Source of the DNA: a virus
Lineage: Duplodnaviria > Caudoviricetes
Length of the DNA stretch: 52,579 nucleotides
Direction: 5' to 3' (one strand)
IMG/VR virus record: IMGVR_UViG_3300009786_000016
Span: 1 to 52,579 of that record
A program made the position numbers and the translations under genes. This document shows, one piece after another, positions 17,599-26,044 of this stretch (within the stretch, counting starts at the first letter, position 1; each line of letters opens with the position of its first letter). The notes beneath the pieces are model-generated. The model was not told the origin of the DNA. It did no database searches and was given only the letters and a program-made list of their open reading frames with translations.

Positions 17599-19435
17599 TC
17601 TGTACTCCTTTTACTGGTAATCTGAATGAAGGTGTCCATTCAAGGTCTACCTCAAATAAATCACCATCACTGTTTTTGAATAACTGTACTGTTTTATCTT
17701 TACTGTCTTGACGACCATTAATACCGATTACTTTCCTTGATGCGTTTTCAATAGCACCACTGCCCTTTCCTGCGTAAATGTCGAGTACTTCGTTTCGACT
17801 GTATTCACGTGAAATTTGAGAAATCTGTATAATGATAACATCACTATTAACAGCAAGATTCGATAGATAGTGTGAAATGTAACGAATCTGTTCATACTCG
17901 CCTCTAATATTTCTTGGAGTTTGCAATAGGTCAATGTAATCGACAATAATGATTGCTGGGTCTAGTTCCTTGATTTTCTTATTAATCATAGTTACTTCTC
18001 CAGCTACTGTCTGAATTACAATGTTACTAACATACTCTTTGAATGTTTTCCCAACATATTGATGGTTCTTAGTGACTTCTTCCTTACTCAGTCCACTTGC
18101 TATCTGTAGATTACGCCTGTGCATATACCAACCACTTAATTCTAAAGATAAGAATAGTGTAGGTAATTGCCACTCAGGTCTAATACAATCATTAGCAAAG
18201 TCATACCCTAAAGCTATATTTTGTGCAAGCGTCGTTTTATTAGAACCAGTAGGTCCAAATATCGTGACTAGCTCACCCGGATATATAGCACAATCCTTAT
18301 CCTTTAGACCGAACATCTTTGCTAGGTCCAGCATCCTACCTGAATAATCAGTTTCTAATCTTTCAGACAGGTCTTTTTGTAACTCGTCAGCATTCTTTAC
18401 ATCGACTAAATAGTCTTTGTTCTTGTAATAAATGCACCTAGGGTCACATACAGGTACTAATATCTCATCTTGACAGCCATACTTATATCCTCCATTATAA
18501 CTTCCTTCGACTTTATCAATTATAATTTGTGGATTCAGTTGGTTGTTGTTCCAATGTAGTAGCGACGCTTTAGCCGCTTCACTAGGGATACCGTGTCTAC
18601 GCATATGTGATGCAATACGTAAAACAGTATTATTCCTAGTCCCAGAGACAGGTCCCCTTTTATAAAGAGTTTGTATACAGGGCACTATGTTTCTTGGCTC
18701 TGATACCTTTGACATCTCTTTAACTTCAGGAACGTCCTTATTAATGTGTTTCTCTAAGGATTGGTCTCCCCATAAGTCTGAATGTCCATAACTTAGTCTT
18801 CTACTACTAGCAATTTCGTGTATCTTTGCTACAGTTGATGACTGTACTTCTTCCAAACTTAATGGTACTTTGAATAACTGCGATTTGATGTTTAATGTAT
18901 GCGGAAGGCGTATTAATGCTGTTCGAGTATAGACGGATGGGTCTATATCGCAGACTTCTTTTAGCATAGTCACCATTGTCTGTTTTACGACAAATGGTAG
19001 GTCAGGGCTCTCTTGAAAGCCAAAAGACTCATTACTTATATCTACGTGGTATCCATTACCAGAGAAATAAGTCTGAAAGTTCCCTTCCCTTAAACTTAAC
19101 TCATTAATTAAGTGGTAGACTAATGCTTGTACTTGTCTAAGAGTATGCTCATCAGTATTCTGTCCTTTATCAATGTCAATAGGAATATCAGTGATACCTC
19201 TTGTCCCCAAGAAATTCTTTATAGTACCATTCTTTTTGATAAAGTTTAAAGCTTCTGCGTCATAAGTGTAGACGCTTTTATAGACAGCTTGATTTGCTCC
19301 CTGTTCATAGACCAAGTCCCATAAATCATCTATGAGTACGAGAGCCCCCCGTCTAGAGGGGCTCCCGACTGCGACTTCTACGTAATCCAGACTAAAACCT
19401 TGTAGGTTCGCCAGCAACGGTATTAGAAACACCAT
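17576..19435 (-). CDS. Bifunctional AEP primase-polymerase / SF4 (DnaB-like) helicase
   Basis: AEP motifs PIDID and FSGNGYH; Cys-containing primase C-terminal region (CIQTL...GTRNN...CQD...CDPRC); Walker A GPTGSNKT; Walker B IIIVDY. Exact start uncertain. Confidence 0.85.
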   Translation of the reverse strand: MVFLIPLLANLQGFSLDYVEVAVGSPSRRGALVLIDDLWDLVYEQGANQAVYKSVYTYDAEALNFIKKNGTIKNFLGTRGITDIPIDIDKGQNTDEHTLRQVQALVYHLINELSLREGNFQTYFSGNGYHVDISNESFGFQESPDLPFVVKQTMVTMLKEVCDIDPSVYTRTALIRLPHTLNIKSQLFKVPLSLEEVQSSTVAKIHEIASSRRLSYGHSDLWGDQSLEKHINKDVPEVKEMSKVSEPRNIVPCIQTLYKRGPVSGTRNNTVLRIASHMRRHGIPSEAAKASLLHWNNNQLNPQIIIDKVEGSYNGGYKYGCQDEILVPVCDPRCIYYKNKDYLVDVKNADELQKDLSERLETDYSGRMLDLAKMFGLKDKDCAIYPGELVTIFGPTGSNKTTLAQNIALGYDFANDCIRPEWQLPTLFLSLELSGWYMHRRNLQIASGLSKEEVTKNHQYVGKTFKEYVSNIVIQTVAGEVTMINKKIKELDPAIIIVDYIDLLQTPRNIRGEYEQIRYISHYLSNLAVNSDVIIIQISQISREYSRNEVLDIYAGKGSGAIENASRKVIGINGRQDSKDKTVQLFKNSDGDLFEVDLEWTPSFRLPVKGVQSGKDTYA

Positions 19436-20018
19436 TACTAACTGGTCGAATTGCAGACATATCGGCTTCTTTAATAAGATTCTTGCCTTTAAGAAATTCT
19501 ACATAACTTTGTAGCTCTTCTTTGGCTTTAGTCTCATTCTTTACCAGTCTTGGGTACACAGTTGTATATGACTTAGAAGGGTCTTTACGACCGGGTTCTT
19601 TGTATACATAACCATATGCGTCAAAACGTGGTACTAATGGGTTACCAGCGTGATGTTGCTCTAAGTATAACACTAGGTTATCTATAGAAGCACCATCGGC
19701 ATCTACCCAATTACCCTGTACATCAGGACCTCCTTGAAAGCCCACTACATCAAAAAGCCAATAAAGTCTTTTCAATAAAGTACAAGTTTTGATGTTACCG
19801 TTGCTCTCCTTATCATAGGAGCCTGCAATCTTCATTTCCACAGGATACTGTGAACCTTCAATTTGCAGGGTGATACTAATAAAGACATCAGCCCAATCGA
19901 ACATATCGGCTTTGTCTTCATAGCCCATTACAGCTACGGGTAGAAAACCCAAGAACTTACTTCCACCATCGGAAGCTTTGTCTAGGTCTTCTGGACGAAA
20001 ACGCATTGTATTACTCAT
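19392..20018 (-). CDS. Putative single-stranded DNA-binding protein
   Basis: Lies between a Sak4-like ATPase and the primase-helicase. Beta-rich aromatic core with a flexible tail ending in Phe. The call rests on context. Confidence 0.45.
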   Translation of the reverse strand: MSNTMRFRPEDLDKASDGGSKFLGFLPVAVMGYEDKADMFDWADVFISITLQIEGSQYPVEMKIAGSYDKESNGNIKTCTLLKRLYWLFDVVGFQGGPDVQGNWVDADGASIDNLVLYLEQHHAGNPLVPRFDAYGYVYKEPGRKDPSKSYTTVYPRLVKNETKAKEELQSYVEFLKGKNLIKEADMSAIRPVSNGVSNTVAGEPTRF

Positions 20019-20022
20019 AGCG

Positions 20023-20901
20023 TTATTTCTCCTCTTTGTAGTTTAGGATTTCATCACGTACTACGTTAAAGTCAAACAGTAACTTCTTTTGATTCAGAGG
20101 CTTGAGTCGAGACCCAATTACTCTTTCATCATATGCTTCAAAAGAAACATAGTAGTTACCATCGTCCTTACTCGCAGTGGCATAACCTATTACATCTGCT
20201 TTGGCGGCAAGTGAATACCCAAGTCCTCTCGGGAGCTCAGGTCCAAGTTGTGCCTTACCATCTGTAACAACTGTTGATTTTGCGTGTGAAAGCAATACTA
20301 GATTGCCTCCTTTTTGTTTAATCAGCATTTGGAATCGTTTAATTACATCAATGTTCTTACGTCTGGCTTTTCCCCAGTCGGCTCCCCATTGACCCTCTCC
20401 CATTGCTGATATTCCCAGTTCCTCACAAACAGTGTATTCTATCCATTCGTTTACTTGACCTATCGTATCAATTACAATAGTGTCATATGGTAGACTATCC
20501 CACTCGTCAGCGAGCCAATTAAACACTTCGATTAACGAATATGCTTCTATTGGTTCACCCTTGTTCCCCCCAGCACGTGCTTTAAAACCACGTTCTAATG
20601 GAGGAACAATTTCGTTTTGTGCCTTACCACCCTTAGTTACCTGTTTCTTGTCTTTAAGAACAGGTCTTGTAGGGGGGTTTAAGGAAGCGATAGTTACTGC
20701 GTTTACTCCATCTACGAAATCAGACCCTAAGTCTGTATCTAATAGTAGGACGCCATCGTTTCCTTGTTCAGACCAGCCAGAAGCGGCTGTTGTTTTACCT
20801 GTTTTAGGCTGACCGATGAGTAGCCACGTTAGACCGGCGGGCATTGCCTTCCAGTCTGTCGAAACTTTCCTCACGGCTATCTTTGGTGATTGCATTTGCA
20901 T
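20023..20901 (-). CDS. AAA_24/Sak4-like recombination ATPase
   Basis: Walker A GQPKTGKT, Walker B TIVIDT, WGADW, LLSH and ADVIGY motifs. Confidence 0.8.
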   Translation of the reverse strand: MQMQSPKIAVRKVSTDWKAMPAGLTWLLIGQPKTGKTTAASGWSEQGNDGVLLLDTDLGSDFVDGVNAVTIASLNPPTRPVLKDKKQVTKGGKAQNEIVPPLERGFKARAGGNKGEPIEAYSLIEVFNWLADEWDSLPYDTIVIDTIGQVNEWIEYTVCEELGISAMGEGQWGADWGKARRKNIDVIKRFQMLIKQKGGNLVLLSHAKSTVVTDGKAQLGPELPRGLGYSLAAKADVIGYATASKDDGNYYVSFEAYDERVIGSRLKPLNQKKLLFDFNVVRDEILNYKEEK

Positions 20902-21592
20902 CTCCTTTAGGTTTTGGTACTATTAATGTCCCATATTCGACCATATTAGGGCTCAGGCTAGACCAAATATAGTCATAATAGGCTAATTTAGCAATCATAT
21001 TGTATACTTGAGCTGACCCAAGTGACACTATATGTTGCGTTGCAAATACTGTATGTTTCATCGAACAAGGTGCTTCTTCTACTGCACTTGTAGGAATCCA
21101 TTCCTTTAGGTAATTGTCAGTATGTCTCGTTACTGTAGACATTTCTACTGTAGTTGCACCCATTCTTAAGTCAATAAAGAAATGACCAGTGCCTTTGGTA
21201 CGAGAAAGACCGTCCTTCCACATATCATACACCATTCTTCTAGATTCCATATCATCTGTACAGACTATCATTTTTGGCAGTACTACTGAATTATATTGGA
21301 AATTGTTTTCTGCTCTAAATTGTTGCCAATCTTCAGAATATTCCCTATGTAAATCGTCTGCCGCTTCCTTCTTTAACTTACCTGATTGATACAAAGGATA
21401 AGCTGTTGAGCTGAAATTATGGTCTTCAACTCTATCACTATCCCATCCCCAAATTGACTGCCATCCCATAACAGTTAAATTTTGGAGAAGAAATGAACCA
21501 ATCCCACCTAATCCTACTATACCTATCTCTGTTAATTTTGGAATAGGTATTAAATCCTTATTTCTAAGGAATCTTGTGCTTATTGCATCCAT
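20804..21592 (-). CDS. ThiF/MoeB-family E1-like ubiquitin-activating enzyme
   Basis: IGIVGLGGIGS nucleotide-binding loop, DSDRVEDHN, VCTDDMESR, IDLRMG, and candidate catalytic Cys in EEAPCSMK. Confidence 0.9.
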   Translation of the reverse strand: MDAISTRFLRNKDLIPIPKLTEIGIVGLGGIGSFLLQNLTVMGWQSIWGWDSDRVEDHNFSSTAYPLYQSGKLKKEAADDLHREYSEDWQQFRAENNFQYNSVVLPKMIVCTDDMESRRMVYDMWKDGLSRTKGTGHFFIDLRMGATTVEMSTVTRHTDNYLKEWIPTSAVEEAPCSMKHTVFATQHIVSLGSAQVYNMIAKLAYYDYIWSSLSPNMVEYGTLIVPKPKGDANAITKDSREESFDRLEGNARRSNVATHRSA

Positions 21593-22017
21593 TTAACGAA
21601 CTCCTTTAACATAATATGTGCTTCAGCACTGTTGCCGAACATAGCTATGTCTTTAATCTTAGTTGCTTCTTCACGTATTTTCTGAACTTTCTCATCTGCT
21701 TCGTTGCGTAAAGTGGAATTTATATAAGATGACTTACGTAAATATGATTCCCAGCCAATAAAGAAACTCTCAATGTTTATATTAGGCATATAAGAATGAC
21801 TATACTGTGGTCCACTTGACTTTAGATTATTTCTTATTAATTTTTCCATTTGACTCTGATTAATTAGCTTTATTTTCCCATCGTCTAGTCCTTCTAAACA
21901 GATTGCTTTCTCGTTCTTTGGCTCCTTTACCTTGTTCCATATATCGTTCTCTTTCCTGAGAGTTATCTCGTCAATCCTATTGCAGAAATACTTCTTTTGT
22001 GGTACTGTCATACCCAT
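21580..22017 (-). CDS. Hypothetical protein within the Ubl cluster
   Basis: 145 aa, helical; AAGGAG SD; overlaps the E1 start. Confidence 0.7.
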   Translation of the reverse strand: MGMTVPQKKYFCNRIDEITLRKENDIWNKVKEPKNEKAICLEGLDDGKIKLINQSQMEKLIRNNLKSSGPQYSHSYMPNINIESFFIGWESYLRKSSYINSTLRNEADEKVQKIREEATKIKDIAMFGNSAEAHIMLKEFVKWMQ

Positions 22018-22043
22018 ACTACACTCCTTATTTATTAAGTTAT

Positions 22044-22141
22044 GAGACTAGGGGACAAACCGGGAGAATTAACTCCCGAAAAGTGCACTCGATAGCATTG
22101 CTCTCTGGCTCTTTTTAACAAGATGTCCCCATTATAGTCTC
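22044..22141. ncRNA. Candidate structured RNA element (multi-helix junction)
   Basis: GAGACTA/TAGTCTC and GGGGACA/TGTCCCC closing helices enclose a CGGGAG/CTCCCG hairpin in non-coding DNA. Confidence 0.45.
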
Positions 22142-22321
22142 GATCGGGTCAGTGGTCAGGCATATAATCTGAAACCACCAACTTTTCTCACACCAGTATT
22201 ACAATCAAGACAAGACTTTCACTTGCCACGACTCCGCTTCCTCCCAGATTCAGAGTCCATACAGGGTTGGTGTATGTGCTTGTTTCTTGCATACTTAATT
22301 ATAATACCTATGGTGTGATAG

Positions 22322-22531
22322 TTATCCGTAATAGCCTGATGCGTAAAGATGCGGGTCTACGTCTGGGCAATTACTACGAATTTTATCAATGAACTCGTGT
22401 TCAGTGATTACTTCTTCCTCTAGCTCTTCGAAGATAGCTTCAGCATTGACCAGTTGTGCTGTCAAACTTTCGTCCCAGCACTCATTGTTATCTTCGAAGG
22501 GAGTGCTATCGCTACGTTCTGGTCGTCCTGC
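22322..22531 (-). CDS. Acidic 69-codon -1 frame extension of the JAB gene (or a separate 47-aa TTG-start ORF)
   Basis: Open frame AGRPERSDSTPFEDNNECWDESLTAQLVNAEAIFEELEEEVITEHEFIDKIRSNCPDVDPHLYASGYYG follows A AAA AAG. It contains no ATG and is closed by TGA just upstream. Confidence 0.5.
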   Translation of the reverse strand, partial: AGRPERSDSTPFEDNNECWDESLTAQLVNAEAIFEELEEEVITEHEFIDKIRSNCPDVDPHLYASGYYG

Positions 22532-23205
22532 TTTTTTGGCAAATCAGGTGTGTCGTCATAGTAACCATTGTAATATCCACCGTGTACATAACCGGGAGAT
22601 TGATTGGGAATCAAATGAAGTTGACCATTCCCTCTAACATAGTTAGTTTTAACCACCTTTTGTGCTTTTTCTATCTTCTTTGCTTCAGCGACCCACTCTT
22701 TAGGTACATCCATTTTATAATCTGACTCTACGTCACCTTCTATAAAATTAGGAAACCCAAAATGGTCTCTGTAACTAACACCTGTACAGAAAGGGTCTTT
22801 TGCTGACGCTACTACTGTCGTGAAAAAGAGTCCTTCTGGTGGTGCTTGGTCAAGAGCTGTTGATTCATCAGTTCCACTGAAAAATGCTCCCATTGTATGG
22901 TGTGAATGTATTAACCCAAGATATGCGTCCTTTAAATGTGCATTCATCTTGTATATCTGGGGCAATATCTTGCCTAATTTCTCACCATCTACTTCTGTAG
23001 CAGTTCCATCACCTAAGTCCATAGCAACAAAATGTGCTAATGAAACTTTAGATGGGAAACCGTTCTTTTCACGTTTTATGACTTGATACCAAGCAGGTCC
23101 CGACCACTCGGTATTTTTAAAACGAGTCAATAGAAAGTTGATTTTCTCCACTATCTTGTTCGGCAAGTTCACCGTAAGCGTTGGTTCTTCTTTTACGATA
23201 CTCAT
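22462..23205 (-). CDS. JAB/MPN+ (JAMM) metallopeptidase, deubiquitinase-like
   Basis: N-terminal catalytic Glu (TEWSG) and HSHHTMGAFFSGTD (HxH-x7-S-x2-D). Confidence 0.9.
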   Translation of the reverse strand: MSIVKEEPTLTVNLPNKIVEKINFLLTRFKNTEWSGPAWYQVIKREKNGFPSKVSLAHFVAMDLGDGTATEVDGEKLGKILPQIYKMNAHLKDAYLGLIHSHHTMGAFFSGTDESTALDQAPPEGLFFTTVVASAKDPFCTGVSYRDHFGFPNFIEGDVESDYKMDVPKEWVAEAKKIEKAQKVVKTNYVRGNGQLHLIPNQSPGYVHGGYYNGYYDDTPDLPKKQDDQNVAIALPSKITMSAGTKV

Positions 23206-24757
23206 TCGTTACTCCTTTATAGAGAGTTGTTAGGTCACTTTTTAATATCCTAGTTACTTCACAATACATTTTGTTGAAGTACTTCTCCATTATATCTGTG
23301 ACAGTTATGGGTAATAATGCTCTATGTATCTGCATCATTATTCCCCGAAGTTGTTCCCCATAAATCTCTCTTTTATTTATGGAAGTGTCTTGTTGTCCCT
23401 GTATTGTTAACCATTCAGCCAACATTTGTTTTGGGTCGAAAGGAAGTACACTTGCGTGAGTTGTCTCCATATTACCATACTCTCGTATAGCGTGAAGAAA
23501 ACATAGCAATCTATAAGCATTTGTCCTAAATGGTTGAGATGCTATTACAGACCTTTCAATGTATGCCCCAAGAACTTGATTAACATCGCTGTTACTCATA
23601 AATACGTTAGCTCTTGGTACCTTATCCCCTAGCTTTGTATGAGCTATTAGACCCTTAGATTTCAAAACCTGTTGTAAATCAGCATACCTTGACCGTGTAT
23701 GGTTAAAGTTCCCTAATCTATAGGTTATGTCTTCTAATACAGGAGGAATAGTAAAACAAATGTCTTGTCTACTAGAAAACAGTCCTTTTCTCCTGAAACC
23801 TGTCAATACTTCTTCAGCCACTGGATAAATGCCAATTTTTAGCGTATCTAGTGATTTGTCAAGCATTGTGTTGAGTAAAAGCCTGTATACTCTAGCCATT
23901 TTATCACAAAATCCTTTCAGAATCCTTACATCACCATCTTGTGTATCAATGGTATGGGTTAATGACTTTTTATAACCGAGATGTGCTATGAAAGCAGTCT
24001 CCCAGTCTATTTTCATACCACTAAGTATGTCTTTATTATCATCATACCAATCTGTGAAATCCCTGTAATGATTGCCTGTATTCCCTTGTCCCCTACTATG
24101 GTTGTCATAATTTATAGCTTCAGCTAATTTCCTTATCACATAGTAATCTTTAAAGAAACGAATACCGTGATGATGTTGTCCTTCTTCTTGCCAATCTCTG
24201 TGATAATAGTTAATGTCCCAATAACAATCAACTCTCGTCCAATTATTAAGAAATGACTGTGATACATTTACTAATGCTGGGATATTACTATCTGCTATTG
24301 TAGCAGACCAAGGTGCTGAAAATTGTCCCAAACAAGGTACACCATCAGGTGAAATGTGTGGGTGTAAACTTAAGGGTAAATTATTCAAATTTGAGGTTCT
24401 GTAAGGACCCGCCGGAGGTTGGTCATCACTTAGTCCCGTAGTCAAAGTTTCTCTTAAGTCGTACCAATTTTGATAACTACTGTCCCTATCTGGGATTAAT
24501 CGAACTCTACTAGGTTCAAACAAACTAAACTGTAAGGAATGTGCTTGTAAAGTCATAGGACTTCTAGCTCTTAGCTTGGGTACTCCTACCCTTGCCTTGA
24601 AACTCTTATTAACCCTATCTGGACTATGAAACTCGATTCCTTTATCAATCCAAGTAGAAAGTCTTTGGTTAGCCACAGCTCGACTAGTAGATATTTGGTT
24701 CTCTTTACTGTTTAATCGTATCCATCGTATGATTAATGCTCCTAATGATTTCTCCAT
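23117..24757 (-). CDS. E2 (UBC-fold) ubiquitin-conjugating-like protein with a long C-terminal extension
   Basis: LHPHISPDGVPCLG parallels the E2 HPN-x-G-x-CL active site (Cys codon at 24332-24334). AAGGAG SD supports the ATG at 24757 rather than 24814. Confidence 0.75.
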   Translation of the reverse strand: MEKSLGALIIRWIRLNSKENQISTSRAVANQRLSTWIDKGIEFHSPDRVNKSFKARVGVPKLRARSPMTLQAHSLQFSLFEPSRVRLIPDRDSSYQNWYDLRETLTTGLSDDQPPAGPYRTSNLNNLPLSLHPHISPDGVPCLGQFSAPWSATIADSNIPALVNVSQSFLNNWTRVDCYWDINYYHRDWQEEGQHHHGIRFFKDYYVIRKLAEAINYDNHSRGQGNTGNHYRDFTDWYDDNKDILSGMKIDWETAFIAHLGYKKSLTHTIDTQDGDVRILKGFCDKMARVYRLLLNTMLDKSLDTLKIGIYPVAEEVLTGFRRKGLFSSRQDICFTIPPVLEDITYRLGNFNHTRSRYADLQQVLKSKGLIAHTKLGDKVPRANVFMSNSDVNQVLGAYIERSVIASQPFRTNAYRLLCFLHAIREYGNMETTHASVLPFDPKQMLAEWLTIQGQQDTSINKREIYGEQLRGIMMQIHRALLPITVTDIMEKYFNKMYCEVTRILKSDLTTLYKGVTNEYRKRRTNAYGELAEQDSGENQLSIDSF

Positions 24758-24781
24758 TATTCTTGTTCTCCTTAATGAGAA

Positions 24782-24806
24782 TGGGGGCGGCTCTCCACCA
24801 CCCCCA
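24782..24806 (-). terminator. GC-rich hairpin between the Ubl and E2 genes
   Basis: Minus strand reads GGGGGTGG-TGGAGAG-CCGCCCCC followed by ATTCTC, with only a weak U-tract. Confidence 0.45.
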
Positions 24807-24823
24807 AACATCAATTTGTGGGC

Positions 24824-25024
24824 TCAGCCTGAAGTGACCTTGCTCGTAGTAAAAGAAACGAAATCTTCGTCTCTTAACTCTGAGTCAAGTGCAACTTTGT
24901 CTGAGTTCACAGTTATGGTAGCATTGTCCACTGAAATGCCTAACTGTTCAGCTATACTTGCTGGGCTGTTAGCATCTACAGTTTTGACAGTGCCGCCGAA
25001 GGTTTGTACTAGTACTTTAGCCAT
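24824..25024 (-). CDS. Ubiquitin-like (ThiS/MoaD beta-grasp) protein
   Basis: 66 aa; beta-grasp pattern KVLVQTFGG...ITVNS.....DSELRDEDFVSF; free C-terminal Gly (KVTSG); directly upstream of E2 and JAB. Confidence 0.85.
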   Translation of the reverse strand: MAKVLVQTFGGTVKTVDANSPASIAEQLGISVDNATITVNSDKVALDSELRDEDFVSFTTSKVTSG

Positions 25025-25053
25025 CTGGTCTGTTCCTTAACTGTTCGTGGTTA

Positions 25054-25440
25054 TTAAGAGCTTTTTCTTGGGCGTCCACGTTTGGGCTTTTTCTCTAGTT
25101 CCCCGAGTCTAGCCACTACCGCCTCAAAATCAAGCATTAATTCGTTAAAGCTTGTATTCATTGAGTCTATGGCAGTTTTACTCTGCCTGTCTTCATAGAA
25201 TAGCTTGTTTACTTGTTTCATTAAACTGAATGTCTTCTGTGATGTCCAAGTAGAAAAGTTTTCAGTTTTCCATCGTTCACCTGAAGCAGTTACAGGTTCC
25301 CAACACTTGTTACTTGCTGGGGGATTTGACTGTGGTGATGGGTATTTGCTTCCTTTATTACTGTACGTTTTATAGTTACGTGAACTCTGTCCAAATATCA
25401 TACGATATAGTGGACGTAACATTGATTTGATTTTTCTCAC
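25054..25440 (-). CDS. Hypothetical protein with coiled coil and C-terminal AT-hook-like motif
   Basis: Ends KPKRGRPRKSS; AAGGAG SD with GTG start. Confidence 0.6.
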   Translation of the reverse strand: MRKIKSMLRPLYRMIFGQSSRNYKTYSNKGSKYPSPQSNPPASNKCWEPVTASGERWKTENFSTWTSQKTFSLMKQVNKLFYEDRQSKTAIDSMNTSFNELMLDFEAVVARLGELEKKPKRGRPRKSS

Positions 25441-25454
25441 AATGTCTCCTTGTT

Positions 25455-25688
25455 TTATGGTTCTGGGTTATACTCTGGCTCGAAACGGTGACCTAGTACA
25501 TCAGGGTCTTCGGTGTGATTACAATCTAGGCATAAAATGCCAAGTTCGGAGTTTGCCGCCATACACTCTTCTAGCTGTGAGGCATAAGCATACTCTTCGA
25601 ACACTGTGTTATAAGAATCACATTCCGCACACTGCAACTGTGCTGGGTCACCGCCTATGGGAACCGAGTTTTTTATGAAATCAGGCAT
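25455..25688 (-). CDS. Zn-ribbon protein
   Basis: CAEC...CLDC. Confidence 0.6.
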   Translation of the reverse strand: MPDFIKNSVPIGGDPAQLQCAECDSYNTVFEEYAYASQLEECMAANSELGILCLDCNHTEDPDVLGHRFEPEYNPEP

Positions 25689-25878
25689 CTCTATTCTTGT
25701 TTAAGAACAATGCCTTTTCACGCCAATAATCAACGTCTGCTGATAATTGCTCTACCTTCTTGAGATGGTACTGAAGAAAGGTTACAAACATAACCATTCC
25801 TATCATCAGTAAAAGGTAAGAGACTAACAACATCATATCAATTAGGTCTTTATGCTCAATAAAATTGATAATATCCAA
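25681..25878 (-). CDS. Small membrane protein
   Basis: One hydrophobic helix; AAGGAG SD with TTG start. Confidence 0.55.
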   Translation of the reverse strand: MDIINFIEHKDLIDMMLLVSYLLLMIGMVMFVTFLQYHLKKVEQLSADVDYWREKALFLNKNRDA

Positions 25879-25880
25879 GG

Positions 25881-25979
25881 CTACTCTCCTTCGTCACTAC
25901 TTTGTTTAGAGTTGAGTTCATCGAGCTTGTCTTCTGCCACTCGTATCGCACTCTGTAACTCCTGAATTGTCATCTCCAT
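25881..25979 (-). CDS. Small coiled-coil peptide (32 aa, not in ORF track)
   Basis: MEMTIQELQSAIRVAEDKLDELNSKQSSDEGE with AAGGA SD. Confidence 0.5.
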   Translation of the reverse strand: MEMTIQELQSAIRVAEDKLDELNSKQSSDEGE

Positions 25980-26044
25980 TGCTTCCTTTATAGAAATGTC
26001 TAAAATGTCACAGGCATATGTGACCACGCCCTTGACGGCACCCA

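Noticed and set aside
19342-19364. GAGCCCC/GGGGCTC hairpin as a terminator
   Set aside because: It lies within the primase coding sequence and has no U-tract; a translational role is possible but unsupported.
24758-24814. N-terminal MMFGGGGEPPPF extension of the E2-like ORF
   Set aside because: It is the translation of the intergenic hairpin; the SD supports the ATG at 24757.
20804-25024. ThiF plus ThiS as auxiliary thiamine/molybdopterin biosynthesis genes
   Set aside because: No ThiG, MoaE, cysteine desulfurase or thiouridylase is present, while an E2-like protein and a JAB lie between the two genes.
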